NCBI GenBank assembly: GCA_016926075.1 | Contig: JAFGPG010000057.1 | Span: 1-60,347, forward strand | Length of the DNA stretch: 60,347 bases | Reading direction: 5' to 3' | Origin: Methanomassiliicoccales archaeon | Lineage (GTDB): Archaea > Thermoplasmatota > Thermoplasmata > Methanomassiliicoccales > UBA472 | In this document: one piece after another, positions 17,521 through 27,090 of the stretch | Layout of the letters: every line of letters starts with the position of its first letter | Position numbering within the stretch: position 1 is the stretch's first letter | Position numbers and translations under genes: made by a program | The notes under the pieces: model-generated | The model's database searches: none | Told to the model about the DNA's origin: nothing | What the model saw: only the letters and a program-made list of their open reading frames with translations

Positions 17521-18527
17521 TGAGCGCTATCATCGAGGTGAGGGACCTGGTGAAGGTCTACAACGGCTCGATCAGGGCCGTGGACGGAATAACTTTCGAG
17601 GTGGAGGAGGGGGAGATCTTCGGTTTCCTCGGTCCCAACGGAGCGGGGAAGACCACCACCATATCCATGATCACCACCCTCCTGGGGATCACGGAGGGGG
17701 CCATAAAGGTGGGCGGTCACGATGTGGAAAAGGAGCCCACCGAGGTGAGGAAGGTCATCGGGCTGGTCCCTCAGGAGCTGACGGTGGACGACGATCTGAC
17801 CGGCAGGGAGAACATGCAGCTACAGGCCGACCTTTACGATGTCCCGAGGGAGCTGGCACACGAGAGGATCGAGGAACTGCTGCGATTGGTGGACCTCAAG
17901 GACGCCGCGGACCGTTTCGTGCGGACCTACTCCGGCGGCATGCGCAAGCGCTTGGAACTGGCCGAGGGGCTCATTCACAGGCCCAGTGTGCTCTTCCTGG
18001 ACGAACCGACGCTGGGCCTGGACGTGCAGACCAGAGCCGTCATGTGGGAGCACATCCGGAAACTGAAAAAGGAGTCCAACATGACGGTGTTCCTGACCAC
18101 CCACTACCTGGAGGAGGCGGATTCCCTGTGCGACCGCATCGGCATCATCGACAGGGGCAAGATCATGGCCCTGGACTCCCCGACCAGGTTGAAGGAGAAC
18201 CTGGGAGGGGACATCATCGAGATGACCGTCGAGGGGGAAGGTGACTTCTCCAACCTACTGGCGCAGGCGTGCAACGGCGAATGCAACCCGAGGGACGGTA
18301 ACAGATACCGCATCAAGGTGAGGAACGGCGAGCTCCAGATACCCCGCCTGCTGAGGTCCGTGACCGACCAGGGCGGGCAGGTGCTCTCGGTCAGCCTCAC
18401 CAGACCCAACCTGGACCAGGTCTTCCTGGAGTACACAGGAAGGTCACTGAGGGACGCGGAACAGAGCACGGTGACCAATCGAGGAGAGAGGATGGCCCAG
18501 GCCAGGCAGATGGCCAGGAGGAGGTGA
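17520..18527 (+). CDS. ABC transporter ATP-binding protein (ABC-2/DrrA-like exporter)
   Basis: MSAIIEVRDLVKVYNG, Walker A GPNGAGKTT, signature YSGGMRKR, Walker B LFLDEPT. The ORF-track N-terminal extension overlaps padR in another frame. Confidence 0.9.
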   Translation: MSAIIEVRDLVKVYNGSIRAVDGITFEVEEGEIFGFLGPNGAGKTTTISMITTLLGITEGAIKVGGHDVEKEPTEVRKVIGLVPQELTVDDDLTGRENMQLQADLYDVPRELAHERIEELLRLVDLKDAADRFVRTYSGGMRKRLELAEGLIHRPSVLFLDEPTLGLDVQTRAVMWEHIRKLKKESNMTVFLTTHYLEEADSLCDRIGIIDRGKIMALDSPTRLKENLGGDIIEMTVEGEGDFSNLLAQACNGECNPRDGNRYRIKVRNGELQIPRLLRSVTDQGGQVLSVSLTRPNLDQVFLEYTGRSLRDAEQSTVTNRGERMAQARQMARRR

Positions 18528-18531
18528 TGGC

Positions 18532-19386
18532 ATGGAGATGATCGATCTCAAGGTGGCCCTGAAGCAGACGGGGGCTCTCACTGGCCGGGAGCTCAAGCAC
18601 TGGTACAGGATCAAGATACAGCTGGTACTGGCGTTCGTACAACCCCTGTTATGGCTGGGACTGTTCGGGCAGGCCTTCCGCCTGGACGCCCTGGCGGGGG
18701 GAATGGGCGGAGGGATGCCAATAGAACTGGCCTTCGGTGGCGCCCCCAACTACTTCAGCTACATGGCCGTGGGCATGCTCACCGTCATAGTCCTGTTCAC
18801 CTGCACGTTCTCGGGACTGTCCATCGTATGGGACCGCCGCTTCGGGTTCCTGAACAAGCTCAGGGTGGCGCCCATCCCCCGGGGCATCATTCCCATGTCC
18901 AGGGTCCTGGCGGCCGTCACCCGGGCGCTGCTCCAGGCCATGGTGGTATTGGTCATTGCAGTGGCCTTCCTCTACGTACCGGGACTGGTGGGGCTGGATA
19001 TCACCAACTCCTCGTTCGGTGCCATGGACCTGCTGACCATGCTGGGGATACTGCTACTGCTGTCCCTGGGCTTTGCGGCAATATTCGTGGCCATCGCCCT
19101 CACCATCACCAACCAGGACGTGCTGATGGGCGTGGTCAACCTGTTGAACCTGCCCATCATGTTCACCAGCGCCGCGCTGTTCCCCACGGCCATCATGCCC
19201 GACTGGCTCAGATCGGTGGCCAACTACAACCCGCTGACCTTCGCCGCAGACGGGCTGCGGCAGGTGTGCTTCGAGAACGCGGTCTCCATCCATTCCCTGG
19301 GCTTCGACGTCCTTGGGCTGGCTGTGTTCTCCCTCATCTTCGTGGCCATTGGGATCGTGGTGGCCATCAAGGTCCTCAAGTATTGA
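18532..19386 (+). CDS. ABC-2 type transporter permease
   Basis: 284 aa with about 6 TM segments. Starts 4 nt after the ATPase stop. Confidence 0.8.
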   Translation: MEMIDLKVALKQTGALTGRELKHWYRIKIQLVLAFVQPLLWLGLFGQAFRLDALAGGMGGGMPIELAFGGAPNYFSYMAVGMLTVIVLFTCTFSGLSIVWDRRFGFLNKLRVAPIPRGIIPMSRVLAAVTRALLQAMVVLVIAVAFLYVPGLVGLDITNSSFGAMDLLTMLGILLLLSLGFAAIFVAIALTITNQDVLMGVVNLLNLPIMFTSAALFPTAIMPDWLRSVANYNPLTFAADGLRQVCFENAVSIHSLGFDVLGLAVFSLIFVAIGIVVAIKVLKY

Positions 19387-19448
19387 GCCAAACGCCTTTC
19401 CTCCTTTTCCACCAATCTTTATCTTGAACCGTCATCATTCATTGATGC

Positions 19449-20378
19449 ATGGTCCACCATGTCCATGCAGGCAGGCTCGTCCACACCTATTCCATCATCG
19501 CCAGGGACGAGAGGACAGGGGAGATAGGGATAGGAGTGCAGTCCCACTGGTTCTCGGTGGGCACCGATGTGCCCTGGGCCCTGGCCGGATTAGGGGCGGT
19601 GGTCACGCAGTCCTTCACCAACCCGGCTTTCGGGCCTGAGGGGCTGCGACTGCTCTCGGATGGCCGCTCCCCCAAAGAGGCCGTGGAGACCATGGTCTCC
19701 AATGACGAGGGGCGGGACTTCCGGCAGCTGGCCCTGATGGACGCCCGGGGTAACGCCCACGCCTATACAGGACGCAGATGCGTGGCCGAGGCAGGGCACC
19801 TGTGCGGTGACAATTACTCCGTCCAGGCCAACATGATGCTCAACGACTCGGTGTGGGGGGCCATGGCCGACTCGTTCGAGTCCTCCGACGGGCCGATAGC
19901 GGAGCGTATAATGAACTCACTGGAGGCGGCCGAACGCGCCGGGGGCGATGTCCGGGGGAGGCAGAGCGCCGCCCTGGTGGTGGTACGAGGTAAGAGCACC
20001 GGAAAGATATGGAGGGACCGTGTAGTGGACCTGCGTGTGGACGACCACAGGGAACCCTTGAAGGAACTTAATAGACTTCTGCGGGTGCACCGGGCCTACG
20101 AGAGCATGAACGCCGGGGACGCGGCCATGGAGAAGGGGGACATGCCCTCGGCGTTGGAGCACTATTCGCAGGCCGAGACCCTGTACCCGGAGAACGAGGA
20201 AATGGTCTTCTGGTTCGCGGTGGGGCTGGCCAACAATGGGCGCTTCGAGGAGTCCGTTCCCCATTTCGAGCAGGCCTTCGCCAGGAACGCCCACTGGAAA
20301 TTGATGGTCCCGCGCCTGCTGCCCAACGGACTTCTTAGAATGAGCCAGGAGCAACTGCGGCTGCTGCTTGGCCGGTGA
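19449..20378 (+). CDS. DUF1028 family (Ntn-hydrolase-like) protein with C-terminal TPR-like tail
   Basis: HTYSIIARDERTGEIGIGVQSHWFSVG...AGLGAVVTQS is typical of DUF1028. C-terminal helical repeats follow (AMEKGDMPSALEHYSQAETLYPENEEMVFW). Confidence 0.75.
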   Translation: MVHHVHAGRLVHTYSIIARDERTGEIGIGVQSHWFSVGTDVPWALAGLGAVVTQSFTNPAFGPEGLRLLSDGRSPKEAVETMVSNDEGRDFRQLALMDARGNAHAYTGRRCVAEAGHLCGDNYSVQANMMLNDSVWGAMADSFESSDGPIAERIMNSLEAAERAGGDVRGRQSAALVVVRGKSTGKIWRDRVVDLRVDDHREPLKELNRLLRVHRAYESMNAGDAAMEKGDMPSALEHYSQAETLYPENEEMVFWFAVGLANNGRFEESVPHFEQAFARNAHWKLMVPRLLPNGLLRMSQEQLRLLLGR

Positions 20379-20383
20379 AAGGA

Positions 20384-20578
20384 TCAAGCTTCCTTTTCCA
20401 GAACGATGTTGCCACTGAGCAGGTTGATCTCCTTGACCAGCACATTGCTCAGCTCCAGCCTCTCTCCGACATCGTCCACGATGGTCAGTCGGTCCCCCTC
20501 CTTGATCAGCCTCACCGCGTTCGACACCAGCTCCAGAACCCCATCCTTGGTGGACATGTAGACCGTGGAACCGCTCAT
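20384..20578 (-). CDS. CooT-like small beta-barrel protein (64 aa), lacking the N-terminal Cys
   Basis: MSGSTVYMSTKDGVLELVSNAVRLIKEGDRLTIVDDVGERLELSNVLVKEINLLSGNIVLE matches the CooT pattern (MCEAxVYL..DG...V....G.L.L.D..GE......I.EIDL....I.L), recalled from memory. Other in-frame Mets lie at 20599/20584. Confidence 0.5.
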   Translation of the reverse strand: MSGSTVYMSTKDGVLELVSNAVRLIKEGDRLTIVDDVGERLELSNVLVKEINLLSGNIVLEKEA

Positions 20579-20621
20579 GACCATGGCATGCCCTTGCATG
20601 ATAAATACAATTACGGACCGG

Positions 20622-21077
20622 TCAGGCGAACTTCCATTGGGCGTACCTGCCCTTCTTCTTGGACGGAGGGACGATGTCCCCCTGCATGGTGAAGATGTAG
20701 CGCACCGGCACCCGTTTCCGCGGCCCGGTCCAGTAAGGGCACTTGGTACATTTGAACCCCAGCTCCACCGTTCTGTCCTCCAGGGTCATGTTGTGCAGCT
20801 CCTCGGTGGGCGAGGAGCACACCGGGCAGCGGCCCTTGCGGCTCATATCCCTGGTCTCGCGGTACTGTATGGTGACCCTGGCCAGGTTGCGGAGCAGGGC
20901 CATGCGTCTCAGGCGCACCTCCCCCACCCTGTACTCGGGATTCTTTTTCTTCAGGTCCTCCAGCACCAGCTCGGTGAACCGACGCTGGGAAGGGATGCTC
21001 TGATGTTCCCGGATCACCCTTCTTATCGAGTCCTCGAGGACCTTGGGGGAGGGTATGCGGTAGACCATCCGAAACAA
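20622..21077 (-). CDS. hypothetical protein with C-terminal CxxC...CxxC zinc-ribbon
   Basis: 151 aa, protein-like composition, CPVCSSP...CTKCPYW. No family recognised. Confidence 0.5.
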   Translation of the reverse strand: MFRMVYRIPSPKVLEDSIRRVIREHQSIPSQRRFTELVLEDLKKKNPEYRVGEVRLRRMALLRNLARVTIQYRETRDMSRKGRCPVCSSPTEELHNMTLEDRTVELGFKCTKCPYWTGPRKRVPVRYIFTMQGDIVPPSKKKGRYAQWKFA

Positions 21078-21201
21078 ATCGGTAAGTGGATACTCAAAAC
21101 TTTGCTAGATAGATCCCTGCACTCCCTTCGCATGTCGAAGATGTCCATTCCGATGGACCGTTGACATCATTTATTGCGGTGGAACCTCATGAGAGACCTA
21201 C

Positions 21202-21792
21202 ATGACCGGGGACCGAATAGAGGTGGACAAGGACGGAAGGGAGGCGTTCTTCGTGGAGATCGACGACATCTGTCATATGCTGATCCCCCCGCCTCGGAAC
21301 GCCTTCTCCACCAGATCCTACGTATACATGGGGCAATCCGTGGTGGACAGGCTCCTGTACCACTTCAGACAGGAGAGGGGGTTGGAACGCCGGAAGCATA
21401 CCCTGGTACTTCTGATGCCTCCGGAAAAGATCACCCCCGGCCTCTCCCACAAGTGCGAGGCGGCCATGGACCGCTTCACCTCCACCAAGATCAAGGATAA
21501 CCTGAACCAGATGGCCGCCATACGTCGGCGCGGCCTTCTCATGCTACCCTACGCTCTCCTCTTCCTGGTGAGCTTCGTAGGTCTGGGGGTGCTCTTCGGC
21601 AGCAACGTCATCACCGAGATACCGCCTGTGTGGGCCTCGGTGCTGAGCGAGGGTTTCTTCATCATAGGGTGGGTGGCCATGTGGGGCCCCGTGGACAATC
21701 TTCTTTTCGGAAGGTTCCCTCTGCGGGTGGAGAACAGGACCCTTCGCGCACTGGCAAAGACGAGCATCGAGATCAGGCCGCGCCGGGACTGA
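21202..21792 (+). CDS. hypothetical membrane protein (2 predicted TM helices)
   Basis: 196 aa. Hydrophobic stretches LLMLPYALLFLVSFVGLGVLFG and GFFIIGWVAMWGPV. Confidence 0.5.
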   Translation: MTGDRIEVDKDGREAFFVEIDDICHMLIPPPRNAFSTRSYVYMGQSVVDRLLYHFRQERGLERRKHTLVLLMPPEKITPGLSHKCEAAMDRFTSTKIKDNLNQMAAIRRRGLLMLPYALLFLVSFVGLGVLFGSNVITEIPPVWASVLSEGFFIIGWVAMWGPVDNLLFGRFPLRVENRTLRALAKTSIEIRPRRD

Positions 21793-21903
21793 TGCGGGAG
21801 GGAGGACCAAATACGCATTCCGAGGTGGCAGTGCATCCGATGGTTAGGAACAGGGCAGGGAAACTGTATTATCGAAGGCCACGATGTCTGTTGGGGTGTG
21901 AAC

Positions 21904-23262
21904 ATGAAGAAGAGCAAGATCGTCATCATGGGCGCCGCTGGACGCGATTTCCACAACTTCAACACCTATTTCCGGGACAACGAGAAGTATCACGTGGTGG
22001 CCTTCACCGCCGCGCAGATTCCGAACATCGAGGGGCGCTGCTACCCGGCCGAGCTCGCCGGTAGTTTGTATCCCAAGGGCATCCCCATCATGGCCGAGGA
22101 GGACCTCCCGACCATCATCCGCAAGGAGAAGGTGGACCAGGTGGTCTTCGCATACAGCGACATCTCCCACGCCGAGCTGATGCACAAAGCCTCCTGGGTG
22201 CTATCATTGAGGGCGGACTTCCGGCTGATGGGCAACAGCCGCATCGTGCTGCGCTCCAACAAGCCGGTGATAACGGTGTGCGCAGTGCGCACCGGTGCCG
22301 GTAAATCGCAGACCACCCGCCGCCTGTGCTCCATACTGCACGACCGAGGCCTGAAGGTGGTGGCCGTGCGACATCCCATGCCCTACGGGGACCTCACCAA
22401 GCAGGCCGTGCAGCGCTTCGGGGACTACGCCGACCTGGACAGCCACGATTGCACCATCGAGGAGCGGGAGGAGTACGAACCGCTCATCGACAACGGCATC
22501 GTGGTCTATGCAGGCATCGACTACGAGCGCATACTGCGGGAGGCGGAGAAGGAGGCGGACGTCATCGTGTGGGACGGGGGCAACAACGACCTTCCCTTCT
22601 TCGAGAGCAACCTGCACATCGTCATGGCCGACCCCCATCGTCCCGGACACGAGATATCCTATTACCCCGGTGAGGTCAACCTGCGCATGGCCGACGTGAT
22701 CATCATCAACAAGGTGCAGACCGCCGACCGGCGGAACATCCTGCGGGTCAAGGAGAACATCGCCAAGTACAACCCCAGGGCCACGGTCATCGAGGCCGCC
22801 TCCCCCATCAAGATAGACGACCCCTCCCTGGTCAAGGGGAAGCGGGCCTTGGTGGTGGAGGACGGTCCCACGCTCACCCACGGCGAGATGGCCTTCGGGG
22901 CGGGGACCATCGCCGCGGAGGACAACGGCGCCCTGGACATCATAGACCCCCGTCCCTATGCCATCGGGTCCATTAAGAAAGTGTACGAGGAGTACCGGCA
23001 TCTGGGCCACATACTCCCGGCCATGGGCTACACCGATGAGCAGATCAAGGACATGGAGGAGACGATCAACAGCGCCGATTGCGACGTGGTGGTGGCTGGC
23101 ACCCCGGTGGACCTGCGAAGGGTGATGAACGTGAACAAGCCCATCGTGAGGGTGCATTACGAGCTGGCGGAGATCGGGAAGCCGTCCCTGGAGGACATAG
23201 TGGAAAAGGAGCTAGGGCCGATACTCAACGTCTGCCACGGGGACTCCTGCCGGGTCATCTGA
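21904..23262 (+). CDS. COG2403-type P-loop protein (cyclic 2,3-diphosphoglycerate synthetase-like)
   Basis: MKKSKIVIMGAAGRDFHNFN..., internal P-loop CAVRTGAGKSQTT, about 450 aa. The family assignment is from recalled architecture and is not verified. Confidence 0.6.
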   Translation: MKKSKIVIMGAAGRDFHNFNTYFRDNEKYHVVAFTAAQIPNIEGRCYPAELAGSLYPKGIPIMAEEDLPTIIRKEKVDQVVFAYSDISHAELMHKASWVLSLRADFRLMGNSRIVLRSNKPVITVCAVRTGAGKSQTTRRLCSILHDRGLKVVAVRHPMPYGDLTKQAVQRFGDYADLDSHDCTIEEREEYEPLIDNGIVVYAGIDYERILREAEKEADVIVWDGGNNDLPFFESNLHIVMADPHRPGHEISYYPGEVNLRMADVIIINKVQTADRRNILRVKENIAKYNPRATVIEAASPIKIDDPSLVKGKRALVVEDGPTLTHGEMAFGAGTIAAEDNGALDIIDPRPYAIGSIKKVYEEYRHLGHILPAMGYTDEQIKDMEETINSADCDVVVAGTPVDLRRVMNVNKPIVRVHYELAEIGKPSLEDIVEKELGPILNVCHGDSCRVI

Positions 23263-23289
23263 GAACGCCATCCGTCAATCACGTAGCTG

Positions 23290-23757
23290 TCAGCTGCGGA
23301 CCTTCAAATATCCTCTGGTCGCCGGCATCGTCAGCATAACGGATATGACGGCGCCGATCGATATCGTGAAGTAGGTGGCCGCGAAGTCAAGGCCGATGAG
23401 GGTTCCCTCAACGGCAAGCCAGATGATCAGGGTGAGCATCATCAGGACGCCCCCGGTCCAGGACCAGTGCAGACCGGACCGTTCGCTGATGGCCTCTAGG
23501 AACAGCTCCTTCCTGGTCAGTGAGCCGTATGCGAGCAGGAGGCCGCCGATCCCGTAGACGAAGAACAGGAACAGCCCGACAGGCAGGAAGCTGTTGAAAG
23601 GCATGTTTTCAAGCAGCTCGGAGGTGAACCCCATGCTCTCCCCCGAGGGGTCGGCCATGAGCATGGCTCCGCTCACGATGCCTAGGAAGCCGAATAAGGT
23701 CAGGAAGGCGAACAGAACGGTCACGCTCGCCGGCCTCTTGGCCTCTGGATAGTGCAT
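23290..23757 (-). CDS. hypothetical integral membrane protein (4 TM)
   Basis: 155 aa with four hydrophobic segments. An inverted repeat TTATATC-N6-GATATAA (23767-23786) lies just upstream of the start. Confidence 0.6.
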   Translation of the reverse strand: MHYPEAKRPASVTVLFAFLTLFGFLGIVSGAMLMADPSGESMGFTSELLENMPFNSFLPVGLFLFFVYGIGGLLLAYGSLTRKELFLEAISERSGLHWSWTGGVLMMLTLIIWLAVEGTLIGLDFAATYFTISIGAVISVMLTMPATRGYLKVRS

Positions 23758-23960
23758 GCGGAGTGATTATATCGAGTCGGATATAAAATCAATGGGACCC
23801 CGACGCCACCAGGGGACCGATGCCCGTCCCCAACGAATCAAGGGGGCGCCCGATCGACCCTGGTGTTCACGGTCCATCGATAACCATTTCCTCAATTCAC
23901 AAACGCTGAGGAAGGACATGGTCTCCAGACCTCTCATCAAACCTCCTCATGGCATCCCCT

Positions 23961-24155
23961 TCAATGCCAGTACCTTCTTCTGACCGAGTCCCGCTCAGAA
24001 CGGGATCGAGCGCGGCGTTCCTTCTCAAGCCACACCCGCTGGATGGCAGTTCCTCCGCATAATGGATAGCGCTCCGGCTTGAACTCGTCCTCCGCCTCGA
24101 AATCGCGACCGCATTCACAGTGCCAGATTATCTTACGGACCTTGGACCTCGTCAT
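23961..24155 (-). CDS. possible small zinc-ribbon protein (64 aa)
   Basis: IWHCECGRDFEAEDEFKPERYPLCGG followed by a basic tail. Divergent from pirin. Weak support. Confidence 0.35.
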   Translation of the reverse strand: MTRSKVRKIIWHCECGRDFEAEDEFKPERYPLCGGTAIQRVWLEKERRARSRSERDSVRRRYWH

Positions 24156-24218
24156 CGCCCTTCAAAGGATGGTCAAAAGGCGATTTATTCATATCCCTGC
24201 CGCTCCAATAGTGCCATC

Positions 24219-25073
24219 ATGAGCACCAGCAGAGAGGTAACGAAGCTCATGACCGGTAGGAGGACCAGCGATGGTGCGGGCGTCAAGCTCAACAGGATGT
24301 TCAGCGAAGGGGAGGCCGAAGACCTGGACCCCTTCCTGCTCCTGGATATGTTCGGGTCGGACCGATCGGAGGACTACGCGGCCGGGTTCCCCACGCACCC
24401 TCACCGGGGCATAGAGACGGTCACCTACATGCTGGACGGCTATATGGACCACCGGGACAGCCTGGGGAACCAGGGGACCATCGGCCCAGGGGATGTGCAG
24501 TGGATGACCGCCGGCAGCGGCATTCTGCATGAGGAGATGCCCCGCGGCCCCGGTGGGAGCGCGCGCGGGATACAACTGTGGGTGAACCTTCCCAGAGCCA
24601 GCAAGATGATGCCACCCCGGTACCGAGCGATACTCGCGAAGGAGATACCGGTGGTGGACATGGGCCGCGGCTCAGTGATCAAGGTCATCTCCGGGGTGTC
24701 CGAGGGGAAGATGGGGCCGGTGAGGGACCTGGCGGTGGACGTCAAGTATCTGGACGTGCATCTGAGCTCCCGGACCGTGCTGGAGCATGAAACGGAGGGG
24801 GACAGGAACGCCTTCATCATGGTCTACGAGGGCTCCTTCGATATAGGGGCGAACGCCCCGGTCACCGTCAGGGCGGGCAACGTCGCGGTGTTGGGGCCAG
24901 GGGACACGGTCAAGGTGTCGGCGGGGAAGAGGCCCTCCAAGCTCATCTACGTCTCCGGGCGGCCTCTGGGGGAACCGATCGCCTGGGGAGGCCCCATCGT
25001 CATGAACTCCAAGGAGGAGCTGGAACAAGCCTTCCTAGAGCTGAAGAAAGGCACGTTCATCAGGGATGCCTAA
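24219..25073 (+). CDS. pirin family protein (bicupin)
   Basis: HPHRGIETVTYMLDGYMDHRDSLGNQGTIGPGDVQWMTAGSGILHEEMP. The ATG at 24219 is about 27 nt downstream of a TTTATTCATAT box (leaderless geometry). Confidence 0.9.
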   Translation: MSTSREVTKLMTGRRTSDGAGVKLNRMFSEGEAEDLDPFLLLDMFGSDRSEDYAAGFPTHPHRGIETVTYMLDGYMDHRDSLGNQGTIGPGDVQWMTAGSGILHEEMPRGPGGSARGIQLWVNLPRASKMMPPRYRAILAKEIPVVDMGRGSVIKVISGVSEGKMGPVRDLAVDVKYLDVHLSSRTVLEHETEGDRNAFIMVYEGSFDIGANAPVTVRAGNVAVLGPGDTVKVSAGKRPSKLIYVSGRPLGEPIAWGGPIVMNSKEELEQAFLELKKGTFIRDA

Positions 25074-25236
25074 GGAAAAGGTCACATCTGGTCATAACGT
25101 CCGTCGCTCATCGATGTGGATGACCATGGTCAGGCGTTCGAGCCTCGCTCGGTGCGGACCAGCGATGTCATCATCGGCAGTGCGAGAACCGTCAACGACC
25201 ATGGGCGCTCGAATATCCTTATAGCGATGGAAAACG

Positions 25237-26586
25237 TTGAAAGAGGAAGGCCTCATCACCGTGAAGGGTCGGGGGAATAGGCGGGGGGGCGTTACGGGTT
25301 TGGAGAAATGGTCTTCCAAATGGGCGTTCATACTTGCGGCCGTCGGGTCGGCAGTAGGGATAGGCAACATCTGGCGCTTTCCCTCGGTGGTGGGCCAGAA
25401 CGGCGGAGGGGCCTATTTGCTGCCATTCCTGCTGGCCGTGTTCGCCTTCGCCATCCCCTTGATGATACTGGAACTGAGCGTGGGGCGCCGCATCAAGCTG
25501 GACGTCGTCTCCGCCTTCGGCTCTATCAAGTGTAAGTTCAGGGCGTTCGGATGGCTGATATGCCTGGTCCTCTTCCTGCTCCTGAGCTATTACCTGGTCA
25601 TAACCGGATGGACGCTGGCCTTCGCGTTTTTCTCCTTGATAGGCGCGGAGATGACCTTCTCTTCGTTCGTCTCCTCCTATCAGCCCGTGGTCTTCTTCGT
25701 CATCTGCGCGCTCATCACCGGATCGGTCGTCTCACTGGGGGTGAAGAAGGGCATCGAACGCATCACCTCCATTCTGGTACCTTTCTCGATGATCATCCTG
25801 GTCGTAATGGTGGTCTATTGCGCCACCCTCTCCGGTTTCGCCGATGGCCTCGACTACCTGTTCACGCCGGACCCCTCGGTGCTGGGCGATCCCGGGCTGT
25901 GGAGCGCCGCCTTCGGTCAGGCCTTCTTCTCCCTATCGGTGGGCATGGGGGTCATGCTGACCTACGGCATGTATCTGGGCCGGGAGGTCAGCGTTCCCCG
26001 CTCCTGCCTGGCCATCACCCTGGCCGATGTATCCGTGGCGCTAATGGCCGGCCTGGTGATCTTCCCTCTGGTGTTCACCTTCGGGCTGCAACCGGCCATG
26101 GGTGCGGAGCTGGCCTTCACCGTCCTTCCGCAGGCCTTCGACCTCATCCCCCTCGGCCAAGCACTGGCGGTGGCCTTCTTCCTGCTCCTGTTCTTCGCCG
26201 CCCTGACCTCGGCCATATCCATGCTGGAGGTGAACGTGACCACCATCATGAAGGAGACCAGCATGACCCGCGAACGCACCAGCCTGTTCCTGACCGCAGG
26301 TACACTGGTCGTCGGGATCTTCCCTTGTCTAAGCTACACGGGGGCGGGCCTTCAACTGTTCGGGGGCAGGATACTCGACCTGATGGACAACACGGTCGGC
26401 ACCCTGGGTCTGCCCATCACCGCCATCATCATCTCCCTGGTCTTCTCGTGGTGCATTGAGAAGAGGGAACTCGCCGCGGAGATCCCGGGGAGATGGTTCC
26501 CCGTGGTCCTGTTCACCACCCGGTACCTGGCACCCGGCATCCTGGTCATGGTGACCGTGATCTCGATATTACAATTCCTCCTTTGA
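25237..26586 (+). CDS. sodium-dependent transporter, NSS/SNF family
   Basis: WSSKWAFILAAVGSAVGIGNIWRFP signature and about 11-12 TM. The start is uncertain: TTG at 25237, or TTG at 25300 giving MEKWSSKW. Confidence 0.85.
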   Translation: MKEEGLITVKGRGNRRGGVTGLEKWSSKWAFILAAVGSAVGIGNIWRFPSVVGQNGGGAYLLPFLLAVFAFAIPLMILELSVGRRIKLDVVSAFGSIKCKFRAFGWLICLVLFLLLSYYLVITGWTLAFAFFSLIGAEMTFSSFVSSYQPVVFFVICALITGSVVSLGVKKGIERITSILVPFSMIILVVMVVYCATLSGFADGLDYLFTPDPSVLGDPGLWSAAFGQAFFSLSVGMGVMLTYGMYLGREVSVPRSCLAITLADVSVALMAGLVIFPLVFTFGLQPAMGAELAFTVLPQAFDLIPLGQALAVAFFLLLFFAALTSAISMLEVNVTTIMKETSMTRERTSLFLTAGTLVVGIFPCLSYTGAGLQLFGGRILDLMDNTVGTLGLPITAIIISLVFSWCIEKRELAAEIPGRWFPVVLFTTRYLAPGILVMVTVISILQFLL

Positions 26587-26720
26587 CATCCATGCCTGAG
26601 CACTTATGTTGGAGGCCGATGCCACGGTATGGAAGGAAATAATATCTGACACGAATCGCATCAGACGCACACGGTCCAGAACACACTTGCGATCGGAATC
26701 GACCGTCCCGGCACGCACGA

Positions 26721-26733
26721 ATAAAATTATTAT
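26721..26733 (+). promoter_or_regulatory. TATA-like box upstream of tRNA-Leu
   Basis: ATAAAATTATTAT ends 26 nt before tRNA position 1. Confidence 0.45.
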
Positions 26734-26758
26734 GCTGATTCCGCCATGGACGGAGCAC

Positions 26759-26842
26759 GCGGGGGTAGCCAAGCTTGGCCAACGGCGCAGGACTTAAGAT
26801 TCTGTCCTTAGTGGTTCAAGGGTTCGAATCCCTTCCCCCGCA
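26759..26842 (+). tRNA. tRNA-Leu(UAA): tRNA-Leu (anticodon UAA), type II with long variable arm, no encoded CCA
   Basis: Acceptor GCGGGGG/CCCCCGC plus discriminator A, D arm GCC...GGC, anticodon stem CAGGA/TTCTG with loop CTTAAGA, 13-nt variable region, T arm AAGGG-TTCGAAT-CCCTT. 84 nt. Confidence 0.95.
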
Positions 26843-27090
26843 CTTCCACGATTTGAATACATTTTCGATACCAAACCAATATCTACATCATTATTGAACA
26901 TCGACTTACGATCGATGGATCGGCATTGTACCACAGCTCTTTGTATAAAATAATTGATAATTAATTATATAAAAAAACTTAAGAATCAATGCTGATCACC
27001 ATAAGTGAAACAATAATAATTTCGAATAACCAGCTCTACGATTTGAATGTTCCCCACTATCACGAGAGCATCGAGATCCTATGAATCGAC

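Noticed and set aside
24120-24218. 33-codon N-terminal extension of the pirin ORF.
   Set aside because: Pirins start close to the first cupin strand. The ATG at 24219 has a TATA box at the leaderless distance, and the extension would overlap the divergent small ORF and promoter region.
26848-27048. The 11-bp direct repeat ACGATTTGAAT as attL/attR of an integrated element at tRNA-Leu.
   Set aside because: The repeats are only 190 bp apart, do not include the tRNA 3' end and enclose no genes. No integrase is present in the window.
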